NCBI GenBank assembly: GCA_963845065.1
Contig: CAWJQQ010000001.1
Location: 960,001 to 1,024,000 of the forward strand
Direction: 5' to 3'
DNA length: 64,000 nucleotides
DNA from: Nitrospirota bacterium
GTDB taxonomy: Bacteria > Nitrospirota > UBA9217
Made by a program: the position numbers and the translations under genes. The notes beneath the pieces were generated by a model. The model had not been told where the DNA came from, did not search any database, and saw nothing but the letters and a program-made list of their open reading frames with translations. Positions 10,029 through 20,791 of this stretch are shown here, one piece after another (positions within the stretch are counted from its first letter, which is position 1; the number at the start of each line of letters is the position of its first letter).

Positions 10029-11270
10029 TTATTTTCGAAAGCGTTTAAAGATCAGGCAGGCATTGGTGCCACCGAAACCGAAGGAATTCGACATAGCCAC
10101 ATCTACCTGTATGTGTCGCGCTTTATTGGGGATATAATCCAAATCGCACTCTGGATCGGGGTTATCGAGGTTTATGGTTGGCGGCAGGACGCCGCGGTCC
10201 AAGGATAGGATGGAAATAACGGCTTCGACACCTCCGGCAGCACCGAGCAAGTGGCCAGTCATGGATTTCGTGGAGCTTATCGGTATCTTGTAGGCATAGT
10301 CGCCGAAGATAGTCTTAATGGCAATGCTTTCGATCTCGTCGCCAAACTTAGTTGAGGTACCATGCGCATTGATGTATCCCATTTCCTTGGGGGTTATACC
10401 TGCATCCTTGATGGCTAGTTTCATACACCGTGCGGCCCCTTCGCCGTTAGGCGCCGGGGCGGTTATATGGTAGGCATCTCCCGAAGCGCCGTAACCGATC
10501 GCTTCCGCAAAGATGCGAGCACCGCGCGCTACTGCCGACACCATCTCTTCGAGGATCACCACACCGGAGCCTTCTCCCATGATGAACCCATCGCGATCGG
10601 TGTCGAAGGGCCGGCTTGCTCGCTGGGGTTCATTATTTCGAGTTGACAGGGCCTTCATGGCATTGAATCCACCGACGCCAAGCGGGCAGATACAGGATTC
10701 AGTGCCGCCGGCGATCATGGCATCGGCGTCTCCGCGCTCGATGGTCCTAAACGCCTCGCCTATGGAGTGGGTTCCTGTTGCGCATGCCGAGACTACACAG
10801 AAGTTAGGACCTTTGGCTCCGTACCGGATAGAGAGCATCCCCGCCGCTTCATTGATGATCAGCATGGGGATGAAGAAGGGGGTTATCTTTCGATATCCCC
10901 GCTCGAGGTAGACTTTGTAGTACTTTTCAATGGCAGGGAGTCCTCCCATTCCCGCGCTGACCATAACACCGACTCGTTCAGCATTTTCCTCGGTGATCTT
11001 GAGACCCGCAGAGTCCATGGCCATCTGGCTTGCGGCTATCGCCAGATGAATAAAGCGATCCATTTTTTTAATCTCTTTCAGATCGATAAACTTCTCGGGC
11101 TCAAAACCGTGGATCTCGCCTGCGATTTGCGTCGGGATGGCTTTGTCATCGAATTGCGTGATAGGGCCGATGCCCGACTTGCCACTGACCAAACCTTCCC
11201 AACTAGTTTCCGTATCAAGTCCGACGGGGGTGATCATCCCGATGCCGGTGACGACAACTCTTCTTTTCAA
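10029..11270 (-). CDS. fabF: 3-oxoacyl-ACP synthase II
   Basis: [41 protein letters not shown]. Confidence 0.97.
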   Translation of the reverse strand: MKRRVVVTGIGMITPVGLDTETSWEGLVSGKSGIGPITQFDDKAIPTQIAGEIHGFEPEKFIDLKEIKKMDRFIHLAIAASQMAMDSAGLKITEENAERVGVMVSAGMGGLPAIEKYYKVYLERGYRKITPFFIPMLIINEAAGMLSIRYGAKGPNFCVVSACATGTHSIGEAFRTIERGDADAMIAGGTESCICPLGVGGFNAMKALSTRNNEPQRASRPFDTDRDGFIMGEGSGVVILEEMVSAVARGARIFAEAIGYGASGDAYHITAPAPNGEGAARCMKLAIKDAGITPKEMGYINAHGTSTKFGDEIESIAIKTIFGDYAYKIPISSTKSMTGHLLGAAGGVEAVISILSLDRGVLPPTINLDNPDPECDLDYIPNKARHIQVDVAMSNSFGFGGTNACLIFKRFRK

Positions 11271-11292
11271 AAGAGGGTCCCTCCTGGATAAA

Positions 11293-11353
11293 AATCCGAA
11301 AAGCCAAAAAACCAGCCCCCGCTCGAGCGGAAGAGGTCTTCTGGCTTTTGGAA
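11293..11353 (-). other. Stem-loop between acpP and fabF (partial terminator or processing site)
   Basis: AAAAGCCA...TGGCTTTT inverted repeat enclosing the CCGCTCGAGCGG palindrome. Confidence 0.5.
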
Positions 11354-11395
11354 TTATGGTTCCGTGAACTACTTGCCTTTTTTTGGGGAACGCCG

Positions 11396-11680
<285 letters not shown>

Positions 11681-11711
11681 CTATTCTGCATCGTGATACT
11701 CAATTACTCGT

Positions 11712-12452
11712 TTACATGTACATTCCGCCATTTACGTGGATGACCTGGCCCGTGATATACGACGCCCACGGCGAAGCGAGAAACCTGACGGCGTTCGCCA
11801 CATCCTCAGGCGTGCCGAGCTTACCCATGGGAATCTGCTTCATCAGATCCTGTCTGATGTTTTCGGATAGGGCCTGGGTCATGGCTGTATCGATGAATCC
11901 TGGGGCAACGGCATTTGCCGTAATACCGCGGTTTGCATATTCACGGGCAATAGTCTTAGTCAATCCGATGAGGCCAGCCTTGGAGGCTACATAATTAGCT
12001 TGACCCGCATTCCCCATCGCACCAACGATTGAAGCAATATTGATGATGGTTCCTGTCCGCTGTTTAGACATGTACTTAAGTGCGGCTTTTGTACAGAGGA
12101 ATGAACCTTTCAGATTGATGCTGAGCACCAAGTCCCAATCCTCGTCCTTCATGCGGAGGATGAGACCATCGCGGGTGATACCCGCATTATTTACCAGGAT
12201 ATCAATTTTGCCAAACTTCTCAACTACCTTGTCGATCATAGCTGTGACATCGGCAGAAGCGGCCACGTTCGCCTTAAGTGCTAGCGATTTTCTGCCCGTT
12301 TTCTCGATATCGTTGGCGGTTATCTGCGCAGCATCGAGGTTCACGTCACAGATGGCGACATCGGCACCATCGTTCGCAAGAGCAAGGGCTATATTCCTTC
12401 CGATACCCTGGGCAGCTCCGGTTACGAGAGCGATTTTGCCAGATATACTCAT
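11712..12452 (-). CDS. fabG: 3-oxoacyl-ACP reductase
   Basis: TGAAQGIG, NNAGITRD, YVASK, VNGGM. Confidence 0.96.
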   Translation of the reverse strand: MSISGKIALVTGAAQGIGRNIALALANDGADVAICDVNLDAAQITANDIEKTGRKSLALKANVAASADVTAMIDKVVEKFGKIDILVNNAGITRDGLILRMKDEDWDLVLSINLKGSFLCTKAALKYMSKQRTGTIINIASIVGAMGNAGQANYVASKAGLIGLTKTIAREYANRGITANAVAPGFIDTAMTQALSENIRQDLMKQIPMGKLGTPEDVANAVRFLASPWASYITGQVIHVNGGMYM

Positions 12453-12580
12453 GAACTCCTCCAAAGGCGCTTAAAAAAGCTAGTCATGCTGCTTGCAGTG
12501 CCGCAGAGATCGGAAAGGATGACGTACGATCTGAATCCATTTCTTTGGTGATCTTTTGTGTCGTTGCAAGAACTTTGCAG

Positions 12581-13512
12581 TTATATTCCCAGTGTGGTGA
12601 GTGTCTCGTTCATGCTCTTCTGGTCCTCGACGTTAAGAACCTTTGATTCTTTTGAGATCCGTCTGATCAGACCCGATAGAACCTTGCCGGGGCCGATTTC
12701 AATAAAGGTATCGCATCCATCAGTAGCAATCATGCTGATAGAGTCTTCCCAGTATAGTCGAGCACTGAGCTGTTTGACGATCGACAGCCTCAGTTCGGAT
12801 GCTATGCGCAAGTACTTGGCATCGGCGTTGTTCACTATCGGGAAATTTAGGTCGTGAATAGTTATTTTCTCCAGTTCTCGCGCAAGTGCAATGCCAGCCT
12901 GTTTCATCATTGGGCAGTGCGATGGAACGCTTGCTGCGAGAGGTATGACCTTTCTCGCACCCCTGGATTTTGCAAGTTCCCTTGCCCTTTCGACAGCAGT
13001 TTTTCGCCGGCAATAACAATTTGGCCCGGAGAGTTGTAATTGGCAGGGGCAACTATACCATTATTGGCAGCTTCAAGGCAAGTTTTTTCTACGTCCTTCC
13101 GGTCCATGCCGAGAATCGCAGCCATGAGTCCCGATCCAGCGGGCACTGCTTCCTGCATGAATCGTCCCCTTTTTTGGACGAGCACGACAGAATCTTTGAG
13201 CTCGAAGCCATCTGTCGCAGTGATTTCCGTATATCCACCAAGGCTGTGGCCGGCGTCTACAGATGCTGTCAACCCTCTACGCACAAGAGGCTGAAGGATT
13301 GCCATACTCGCGGCCAAAATGGCTGGCTTCGTGTTCTCAGTGAGGTTCAGCTTTTCGACCGGACCGTTTATGCAAAGGCTCGCAAGATCATACCCAAGCG
13401 CGGTATTTGCTCTGTCGAAAACCTCTTTCGATTCCGGAAAATTCTCTATAAATTCTTTAGCCATCCCAACATATTGGGAACCTTGACCGGGAAAGATGAA
13501 CGCAATTTTCAT
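12581..13512 (-). pseudogene. fabD: Malonyl-CoA:ACP transacylase, frameshifted at ~13000-13004
   Basis: FPGQGSQ, GHSLG, NYNSPGQIVIAG in one frame; SVPSHC, FIEIGPGKVLSGL in another; adding one A to GAAAAAC restores the frame. Confidence 0.85.
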
Positions 13513-13625
13513 GAAGCATGACCTCGAATAATTCTCAACGCAGTTCTAATATAAAAAAGATAAGAGGCGATCGATATAAACCCATATTTTGGCGTTAATC
13601 AGCGCACAGAAGGGCTTTTGTTCAG

Positions 13626-14816
13626 TTATCCGCGTATTTCCCTGATCTTTTTGATCATTATCGGGACAACTTCGTGTACATCACCGACGATGCCATACGT
13701 TGCGACGTTAAAAATGGGCGCGTTAGGATCCTTGTTGATGGCCACAATCACCTCTGAAGATTGCATGCCAGCAACGTGCTGGACAGCACCGGATATCCCG
13801 CAGGCAATGTAGAGTTTGGGACAAACAGTTTTGCCGGTCTGACCTACCTGATGGGGATAAGGGACCCATCCTTCGTCAACGGCACCTCTCGTTGCAGCGA
13901 CTGCGCCGCCGAGCACCTTGGCTAGTTCTGCTATAAGCACGAAGTTCTTTGCGCTGCCCAAACCACGGCCTCCGGCTACGATAATATCGGCTTCGCATAT
14001 GTTCACCGTCTCACCGATCTCTTCCACGGTCTTGATAACTTTGGTGCGAGGATTTCCGGATTGAGTGTATCGCACATCGATGACGTCTCCGGTCCTAGAG
14101 TCATTGCGTGGAACAGGTTTCATGACCTTGTGTCTGACCGTTGCCATCTGCGGACGGTGGTTCGGGGTGACAATGGTGGCCATGATGTTTCCGCCGAAGG
14201 CTGGACGGGTCTGATGCAAGTAGCCGTTTTCCGCTTCGATATCGAGGGCCGTACAATCGGCAGTCAATCCGGTATTCAATGATGACGCAACTTTGGGGAA
14301 GAAGGAGCGGCCAATGGCCGTAGCACCGGCCAGGATAACCTCTGGCTTATGTTGTTTCGCAAGCGTCGTCAGGACCGCAGCATAGGAATCGTCGTTGAAA
14401 TCCTTGAGTGCTGGGTCGTCGGCGACATAGACGATATCTGCACCGTGGGCGATGAGATCCGGGACCTTATCCTTGATGCCATGGCCGATGAATACGGCGG
14501 AGAGCTTGGTTTTCTTTTTGTCGGCGAGCTTCCTGCCCTCACCGAGGAGCTCCAGGGCCACGCTGGCAATCCCCCCTTTGTGTTGCTCTGCAAAAACCCA
14601 CACTCCCTTATAGGCCGATAGATCAACGGCAGCCGTCGTTGATTCGTCGATTTTTTCGATTGCTTTGAATTCGCAAACTTCAACGCAGGCCCCGCACATG
14701 GTACAAGCCTCAGTAATGAATGCCTTGCCGTCGCGCATTTCGATTGCACCAAAGGGGCAAGCGGTCACACAGGTTTCACAGCATGTACATTTATCGGATA
14801 AGACTCGAACACTCAC
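13626..14816 (-). CDS. etfA: ETF alpha subunit with N-terminal 2[4Fe-4S] ferredoxin domain
   Basis: CTCCETCVTACP and CTMCGACVEVC; GLTADCT, RPAFGGN, QVGQTG, GISGAVQH; SD AAGGAG before GTG 14816. Confidence 0.95.
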   Translation of the reverse strand: MSVRVLSDKCTCCETCVTACPFGAIEMRDGKAFITEACTMCGACVEVCEFKAIEKIDESTTAAVDLSAYKGVWVFAEQHKGGIASVALELLGEGRKLADKKKTKLSAVFIGHGIKDKVPDLIAHGADIVYVADDPALKDFNDDSYAAVLTTLAKQHKPEVILAGATAIGRSFFPKVASSLNTGLTADCTALDIEAENGYLHQTRPAFGGNIMATIVTPNHRPQMATVRHKVMKPVPRNDSRTGDVIDVRYTQSGNPRTKVIKTVEEIGETVNICEADIIVAGGRGLGSAKNFVLIAELAKVLGGAVAATRGAVDEGWVPYPHQVGQTGKTVCPKLYIACGISGAVQHVAGMQSSEVIVAINKDPNAPIFNVATYGIVGDVHEVVPIMIKKIREIRG

Positions 14817-14828
14817 GGGCACTCCTTG

Positions 14829-14924
14829 AGTCAGAGCAGATGCTAGAGGGCAGATGACAGACTTGCGATAGTTATGCTAAAATCTCGGTTTCATCTGGTT
14901 TCTGATATCTGGCATTTGCATCTG
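14829..14924. repeat. Inverted pair of degenerate 7-bp tandem repeats
   Basis: ca-gatgcta-gagggca-gatgaca-ga vs tctggtt-tctgata-tctggca-tttgca-tctg. Confidence 0.55.
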
Positions 14925-14925
14925 T

Positions 14926-15711
14926 TTAAATAAACGATTGCTCTTTCAACTTTGTAACGATAGTAGTGATTTGGTCTTCCATACTCCCGGTCAGAACCTC
15001 TCGCTGGCCACGGGCTATGGGCGGAAATATTTTTACGACCTTTGTAGGAGAACCCTTGAGCCCGCATTTACTGTCATCGGCGCCGATATCCTTGGCGTTC
15101 CAGCTTGTTACCTTCAGGTTTTTGGCTTTAATCTTTCCTTTGAGAGAAGGGACTCGGGGTTGATTGATTTCTTTTACAACCGTAATGAGTGCGGGCAGGG
15201 ACGTTTCGACGACATCATAACCCTCGTCCATAAGACGTTCAGCCAACATCTTTTTGCCTTCGATCTGTTCGATCTTCTTTGTATAAGCGATAAAGGGAAT
15301 GCCAAGCATATCAGCGGTCTCAGGGCCCACCTGCGCTGTGTCTCCGTCGATCGCTTGTTTGCCGGCAATGATCAGGTCATATTCTGCGATTTTCTTGATT
15401 CCCTGCGAAATGGCGTATGAAGTGGCCCATGTATCCGCACCGGCAAAGGCCCGGTCGGAGAGCAGCACGACGTCATCTACACCGAGCGAAACGGCCTCTT
15501 TGAGCGCCTCAGCGGCCTGAGGTGGGCCCATGGTGATGGCTGTAACCTTGCCGCCATGTTTTTCACGAAGACGGAGAGCCTCTTCAATGGCATACATATC
15601 AAATGGATTGATGATGCTCGGAACTCCATCACGGATAAGGGTATTGGTTTCTCGGTTGATTTTAACTTCTGATGTGTCCGGAACTTGTTTCACCAGGACG
15701 ATGATGTTCAT
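14926..15711 (-). CDS. etfB: ETF beta subunit (bifurcating-type signature)
   Basis: KQVPD, INPFD, DRAFAGADTWATS, GKQAIDGDTAQVGP, GLKGSPT. Confidence 0.95.
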   Translation of the reverse strand: MNIIVLVKQVPDTSEVKINRETNTLIRDGVPSIINPFDMYAIEEALRLREKHGGKVTAITMGPPQAAEALKEAVSLGVDDVVLLSDRAFAGADTWATSYAISQGIKKIAEYDLIIAGKQAIDGDTAQVGPETADMLGIPFIAYTKKIEQIEGKKMLAERLMDEGYDVVETSLPALITVVKEINQPRVPSLKGKIKAKNLKVTSWNAKDIGADDSKCGLKGSPTKVVKIFPPIARGQREVLTGSMEDQITTIVTKLKEQSFI

Positions 15712-15785
15712 AGATCCCATCCTACTTAACACGAAGGCGTTAAAATACGCATGAGTTTTCTGCGTTGTGATTTTGCGAAGAATTA

Positions 15786-16943
15786 TTACTTGACTCTTGA
15801 TGCTTCCTTGATCATGTCCAAAGCGACGACATTGCGCTGGATCTGGTTCGTGCCCTCATAAATTTGGAGGATCTTGGCATCGCGCATCATTTTTTCGACC
15901 GGGTACTCCTTCATATATCCCGATCCGCCCATGACCTGGACCGCATCGGTAGTGACTTTCATCGCCACGTCGGTGGCAAATAGCTTGGCCATAGCTGAGG
16001 CGCGGGAAACGTCTTTTGCACCGCTGTCGATAAAGCGCGCGACGGAATAGACGAGAGAGCGTGCTGCTTCGGTTTGGGTTTGCATGTCGGCAAGCATGTG
16101 CTGGACGGCCTGGAACGATGTGATCGGCTGGCCGAACTGGACTCGATGTTTTGCAAATTTGATCGCTTCGTCAATGGCTCCCTGCGCAACACCTACGCCT
16201 TGGGCACCCACACCAGTTCGGGAGCTATCGAGAGTCTTCATGGCGACAATGAACCCCATGCCTTCCTTGGCGATAATATTTTCCTTCGGGATGCGGCAAT
16301 TGTTGAAAATAAGTTCCGTGGTAGAAGAAGCGCGAATGCCCATTTTGTTTTCCTTCTTACCGAAAGTAAATCCAGGTGTGCCTTTTTCCACGATAAATGC
16401 CGATGCGCCACGCGGACCTTTTGACCTGTCGGTGATTGCAATGACGGTGTAAATATCGGCTTCACCACCATTCGTGATCCACTGCTTGGTGCCGTTCAGC
16501 ACGTACTCGCTCCCATCGAGCTTTGCTGTGGTCTGTACGCCGCTAGCGTCGCTGCCAGCGTTGGCCTCCGTGAGTCCAAAGGCTACGAGTTTTTTACCAG
16601 TTGCGATGTGGGGCAGATATCTTTTCTTCTGGGAATCGGAGCCGTGTATCAGGATAGGATACGTACCGAGCGCGTTGGCGGCATAGCTCGTCGAAACGCC
16701 CACGCAGGCCTTGGAGAGCTCTTCAACTGCGATACACAGTTCGAGCGATTGTTTGCCCAACCCGCCGTATTCCTCAGGAATGAAGATACCGAAGAGGTCG
16801 GCCTGAGCTAACGCCTTCATGATGTCTGTAGGAAATTTGTTCTGTTCATCGAGCTCGGCGCGAACGGGAACGATCTTTTCTACGGCTATCTGCCGGGCAA
16901 GGTCGCGAATCATGATCTGTTCTTCTGTCAGCAAATAGTCCAT
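15786..16943 (-). CDS. Acyl-CoA dehydrogenase (Bcd/CarC-like)
   Basis: GLTEANAGSD, LNGTKQWITNG, KMGIR, RVQFG, IYEGTNQIQR (catalytic Glu); SD GGAGG before ATG 16943. Confidence 0.93.
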   Translation of the reverse strand: MDYLLTEEQIMIRDLARQIAVEKIVPVRAELDEQNKFPTDIMKALAQADLFGIFIPEEYGGLGKQSLELCIAVEELSKACVGVSTSYAANALGTYPILIHGSDSQKKRYLPHIATGKKLVAFGLTEANAGSDASGVQTTAKLDGSEYVLNGTKQWITNGGEADIYTVIAITDRSKGPRGASAFIVEKGTPGFTFGKKENKMGIRASSTTELIFNNCRIPKENIIAKEGMGFIVAMKTLDSSRTGVGAQGVGVAQGAIDEAIKFAKHRVQFGQPITSFQAVQHMLADMQTQTEAARSLVYSVARFIDSGAKDVSRASAMAKLFATDVAMKVTTDAVQVMGGSGYMKEYPVEKMMRDAKILQIYEGTNQIQRNVVALDMIKEASRVK

Positions 16944-16999
16944 TGAATCCTCCGCACTGTACCAACAATAAATAATCTCAATGATATTCACATTTCGTG

Positions 17000-17980
17000 C
17001 TACCAACGAACAAGAGCTGAAGCCCACGTCAATCCTCCACCAAAAGCTTCAAAGAGGAGGAGATGATTTTCTTTAATTTTTCCGCTACGGACCGCTTCAT
17101 CGAGGGCCATGGGGATGGAAGCGGCAGAAGTATTGCCATATTTCGGAAGCGTCAACACAACTTTCTCCATGGGCATATTAAGACGTTGTGCCATGGCCTG
17201 GATGATTCTCAGATTCGCTTGGTGGGGAACGAGGAAATCGATCTCTTCCGCTTTTACCTTGTTATACTCCAGTGCTTCCTGTACAACACCCTCCAGCGCC
17301 CTCACCGCAGCTTTAAATGTTTCATTGCCTTTCATTTTTATGAAATGCATACGTTTATGGATTGTTTCGTGAGACGTCGGGTACTGGGCTCCACCGCCGG
17401 GGACATGGATCAGGTCCCCTTGTGAACCGTCGGAATGGATGTGAGTGGAGAGAATGCCGCGCTTGCCCGTATGCCGTTGGATAACTGCCGCGCCTGCGCC
17501 GTCTCCGAAGAGGATGCAGGTCGAGCGATCCTCCCAGTCCGTATAACGAGACAGGACCTCGGCTCCGACAAGCAGAATATTTTTAAACATTTCAGATTTG
17601 ATGTATGCGCTAGCAATGGACATCCCGTAGATAAAGCCTGAACAGGCCGCGTAAATATCGAAGGCTGCAGCTTTTTTGGCTCCGAGTTTTTCCTGGAGCA
17701 CGCAACCCAAGCTCGGCAGGATCATGTCCGGCGTCATGGTTGCTACCAAAATAAGATCGATTTCTTCAACGCCGACCCCCGCGGCTTTGAGGGCTCTTTT
17801 GCTCGCTTCATAGGCAAGATCCGATGTGGTCTGTCCCTTTTCCACGACCCTGCGCTCTTTAATGCCTGTTCGGTCGGTGATCCACTCGTCGGTGGTATCA
17901 ATAAGCTTTTCCAGGTCCTGGTTCGTGATGGTTTTTTTGGGCGCAAAGGATCCTGTTCCTGTTATTCGTGCGTGAATCAT
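17000..17980 (-). CDS. fabH: 3-oxoacyl-ACP synthase III
   Basis: AACSGF, LFGDGAGA, PHQAN, GNTSAAS, FGGGLTW. Confidence 0.96.
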   Translation of the reverse strand: MIHARITGTGSFAPKKTITNQDLEKLIDTTDEWITDRTGIKERRVVEKGQTTSDLAYEASKRALKAAGVGVEEIDLILVATMTPDMILPSLGCVLQEKLGAKKAAAFDIYAACSGFIYGMSIASAYIKSEMFKNILLVGAEVLSRYTDWEDRSTCILFGDGAGAAVIQRHTGKRGILSTHIHSDGSQGDLIHVPGGGAQYPTSHETIHKRMHFIKMKGNETFKAAVRALEGVVQEALEYNKVKAEEIDFLVPHQANLRIIQAMAQRLNMPMEKVVLTLPKYGNTSAASIPMALDEAVRSGKIKENHLLLFEAFGGGLTWASALVRW

Positions 17981-18990
17981 TTAGTTCTCGTTAGCTCCAT
18001 ATTCTTTTCAATGTCTTCATGGATGTGTTTATTTACGTCGCTCTTTGCAAGCTCAGTGGCGACACGAATCGCATTCTTAATCGCCCGGTCAGACGAGCGG
18101 CCGTGGCTGATGATGCTGATACCATTGATACCCACAAGTGGCGCACCGCCGTATTCGGCATAGTCGACCCGGCGTTTGAGTGAATCGAACGCCGGCCGCA
18201 TTAGAAGATAACCGAGTTTTCGCATCAGATTCTTGCCGATACCCTCTCGGATAAAGAGACCGATGGCTTCGGCAACAGATTCGGAAACTTTGAGCACGAC
18301 ATTCCCGACAAATCCGTCGCAGACGATAACATCGGCGTTGCCGGACATGACATCTCGCCCCTCGACATTGCCGATAAAATTAAGCGAGGTCTCGGTCAGG
18401 AGCTTGAAAGCTTCCTTGGTTAATTCATTCCCTTTAGTTTCCTCTTCCCCTATTGAAAGGAGCCCAACACGGGGATTGGGAATTCTTAACAGATACTTCG
18501 CGTAGACTTCGCCCATAACGGCGAATTGCAAGAGGTTGTTCGGCTTGCAGTCTACATTCGCGCCCATATCGAGGATTATGGACGTGCCTTTGATGGTCGG
18601 CATGAAGATAGCAATGGCCGGCCGTTCCACGCCCTCCATCGACCCCAGAACAAAGAGCGACGTTGCCATGGCGGCGCCGGTATGTCCCGCGCTAATCACA
18701 GCCACCGCCTCTCCGTTTTTGACTAGTTCATTGGCCACACGGATGGACGAATTTTTTTTCCTGCGAAAGACCGTAGCAGGGGAATCGAGCATGTCCACGA
18801 CTTCAGTAGCATTTTGAATCTCTATGGGAAGCGATTTTGCCTGAGGGTACTTATCTAACTCATCTCTGACAAGCTGCTCGATGCCGACCAGGATTATTCC
18901 TACTCCGTGCGCCATTGCTGCCTGCACAGCCCCTGCGATGATCGCATGCGGTGCGTTATCCCCCCCCATTGCATCAACGGCAATCTTCAT
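17977..18990 (-). CDS. plsX: Phosphate acyltransferase
   Basis: IAVDAMGGD, DMGAN, GEEETKG, CDGFVGN, YGGAPL. Confidence 0.96.
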   Translation of the reverse strand: MKIAVDAMGGDNAPHAIIAGAVQAAMAHGVGIILVGIEQLVRDELDKYPQAKSLPIEIQNATEVVDMLDSPATVFRRKKNSSIRVANELVKNGEAVAVISAGHTGAAMATSLFVLGSMEGVERPAIAIFMPTIKGTSIILDMGANVDCKPNNLLQFAVMGEVYAKYLLRIPNPRVGLLSIGEEETKGNELTKEAFKLLTETSLNFIGNVEGRDVMSGNADVIVCDGFVGNVVLKVSESVAEAIGLFIREGIGKNLMRKLGYLLMRPAFDSLKRRVDYAEYGGAPLVGINGISIISHGRSSDRAIKNAIRVATELAKSDVNKHIHEDIEKNMELTRTK

Positions 18991-19006
18991 ACAGACTCCC
19001 TACAAT

Positions 19007-19054
19007 ATAAAAGGCAAAGGGTCATACGGAAAAACAGTACCATCCCTTTGCCTT
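19007..19054 (-). terminator. Terminator-like hairpin after rpmF
   Basis: AAGGCAAAGGG...CCCTTTGCCTT 11-bp stem followed by T-rich tail on minus strand. Confidence 0.6.
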
Positions 19055-19069
19055 CGAGCATGCCTCTGA

Positions 19070-19255
19070 TTATATCTGCTGAACAGTCAGGATCTCACGG
19101 CCTTTATAGGTGCCGCAGGACATACAGGCATGATGCGGCTGTTTGACTTCCTGACATTGTGGGCACACTGTCAGGTTCGGAGCCATGAGTTTTTGTTTTT
19201 GTGTGCGTCTCTTGTCCCTGCGTGACTTGGAATGTCTGTGTTTTGGGTTTGCCAT
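19070..19255 (-). CDS. rpmF: 50S ribosomal protein L32 (zinc-ribbon type)
   Basis: MANPKHRHSKSRRDKRR...CPQC...HHACMSCGTYKGR. Confidence 0.96.
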   Translation of the reverse strand: MANPKHRHSKSRRDKRRTQKQKLMAPNLTVCPQCQEVKQPHHACMSCGTYKGREILTVQQI

Positions 19256-19272
19256 TTTTTGTAACGCTCCTT

Positions 19273-19788
19273 CTATTTTTTTAGCAAATCTTTCAAAGCG
19301 GCAAAGGATCCGAAATCTCCCGGCCCATTCCGCTGGTGACCGCATTGTGTTTTGTTTAGATCCGCTCCACAGACGCTGCAGAGCCCCTTGCATTCAGTAT
19401 CGTGAAGCGGGACCAAGGGGATGGCGATGAGTATTTGTTCCTTTATAAACTCGATAGGCTCGATTTCATCGCCTTGATAGAACTCTATATCAAGTTCTCC
19501 CGAAACAAGTTCATGCTCCGGTCCCGTGGAAAGCGAATTGACAGGGGCAAGATCAACGTTCAAGTCGATGTCTATTTTAAAAGGAAAACCTGTCAGACAA
19601 CGGCTGCATTCAAGAATGGCAATTGCATGTATTTGACCTGAAACATGGAGGATGCCCTTACCTTCCGGTTTGACCTGCAGAATGGCATTAAACTCAGCGA
19701 AGTCAGTGCCCTTATCGAACAAATCGAGTTCCTGTGCAAGCTTCAGGCTAAGCCCCTCCGGCGGTATGTCATTGATTTTGATAGCCAT
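19273..19788 (-). CDS. yceD: DUF177/YceD family protein
   Basis: ECSRCL and CKGLCSVCGADLN; canonical position before rpmF. Confidence 0.92.
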   Translation of the reverse strand: MAIKINDIPPEGLSLKLAQELDLFDKGTDFAEFNAILQVKPEGKGILHVSGQIHAIAILECSRCLTGFPFKIDIDLNVDLAPVNSLSTGPEHELVSGELDIEFYQGDEIEPIEFIKEQILIAIPLVPLHDTECKGLCSVCGADLNKTQCGHQRNGPGDFGSFAALKDLLKK

Positions 19789-19819
19789 TTCTTTTTTCAA
19801 CCGGAGCTGTAAGATTGGA

Positions 19820-19848
19820 ATTATATATAGACAGCCATGTTTTGTCAA
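19820..19848 (-). promoter_or_regulatory. Consensus sigma70 promoter of the yceD-fab operon
   Basis: TTGACA-17 bp-TATAAT on minus strand. Confidence 0.85.
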
Positions 19849-20791
19849 GAAAAAATACCATTATTTGTCTCGAAACGTGATAACAGCATTGTGCTTGGAT
19901 CAGGTTTTGTTCCGAGTACGTCTCCCAGACCATTCTACTCGGTTTTAGTGGAATGCAGGATGTAACAATTGGCTCAATAGTTTTTTACTAACTCACCGTG
20001 AAAAGCTACATGTCTTAACTATGGGGAAGAGATTAAAAGTGGCAAATGCGCGTATCCATAAAAATAGCTTAATCGACTTGCTGAAACGAGGGAGATTTAA
20101 CTAAAATTTAATCTTATCCAAACTCGGGAGGCACTCAATGAGAACAAAATCTTTCTTCTGCTCAATATTTGGAGTGTCTTCGTTTTTTTTGTCAGCACAA
20201 CTAAGGTTGTGCCTCAATCTATAAGTATTTAGATAGGGAGGGTTTTATCAGTTTTACAAATAATCTCCAATTCATTCCTGACAAGTACCGTGCGAGCGCA
20301 AATGTAGTGAGTGACGGTACAGATTAGGAGAACCACTAATAGATTGAAAACGAGCAAATATCAAGACGGCCGACAAGAAATCACGGGCATACCCCGGGGC
20401 TGGAATATAATTAAGGTAGTCGATGCTCGGGATGAAAATAGTTTTTCAATGTCGCATGCTTCTTACGTTGATTGTAGTTAGTGCTGGCTTCGTTTTCATT
20501 ATCATGGGGATTATTGAGACAGATCACAAAAAAAAACGGTTGCAAAAGTTCGTAAAGCTCTCTCGTTAACTGTAACACTCTTTTTTCTCGTCACTTATGC
20601 AGGGGATGCGGTCATATGATTCGAACTGTCGTCGGTGCTATCCGATGTTGTGAAGCATCAGCGAGGGAAGGAACGCTGCTAAAGCGGTAAAAGCCATGAG
20701 TACATAGTACATTTGTAGAACAGGTCGGGGAGACTTCCTGACCGATCGAAGCAATGCAAGAGAATAAATAATAGTATATATACATGCTTTA

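Noticed and set aside
12995..13010. Programmed -1 frameshift in fabD
   Set aside because: In-frame context C-GAA-AAA is not a canonical slippery heptamer and no clear stimulatory structure was seen
20590..20760. Possible ncRNA with GGTCGGGGAGACTTCCTGACC hairpin downstream of bioA
   Set aside because: A single hairpin with no family match; may simply be a terminator-like element
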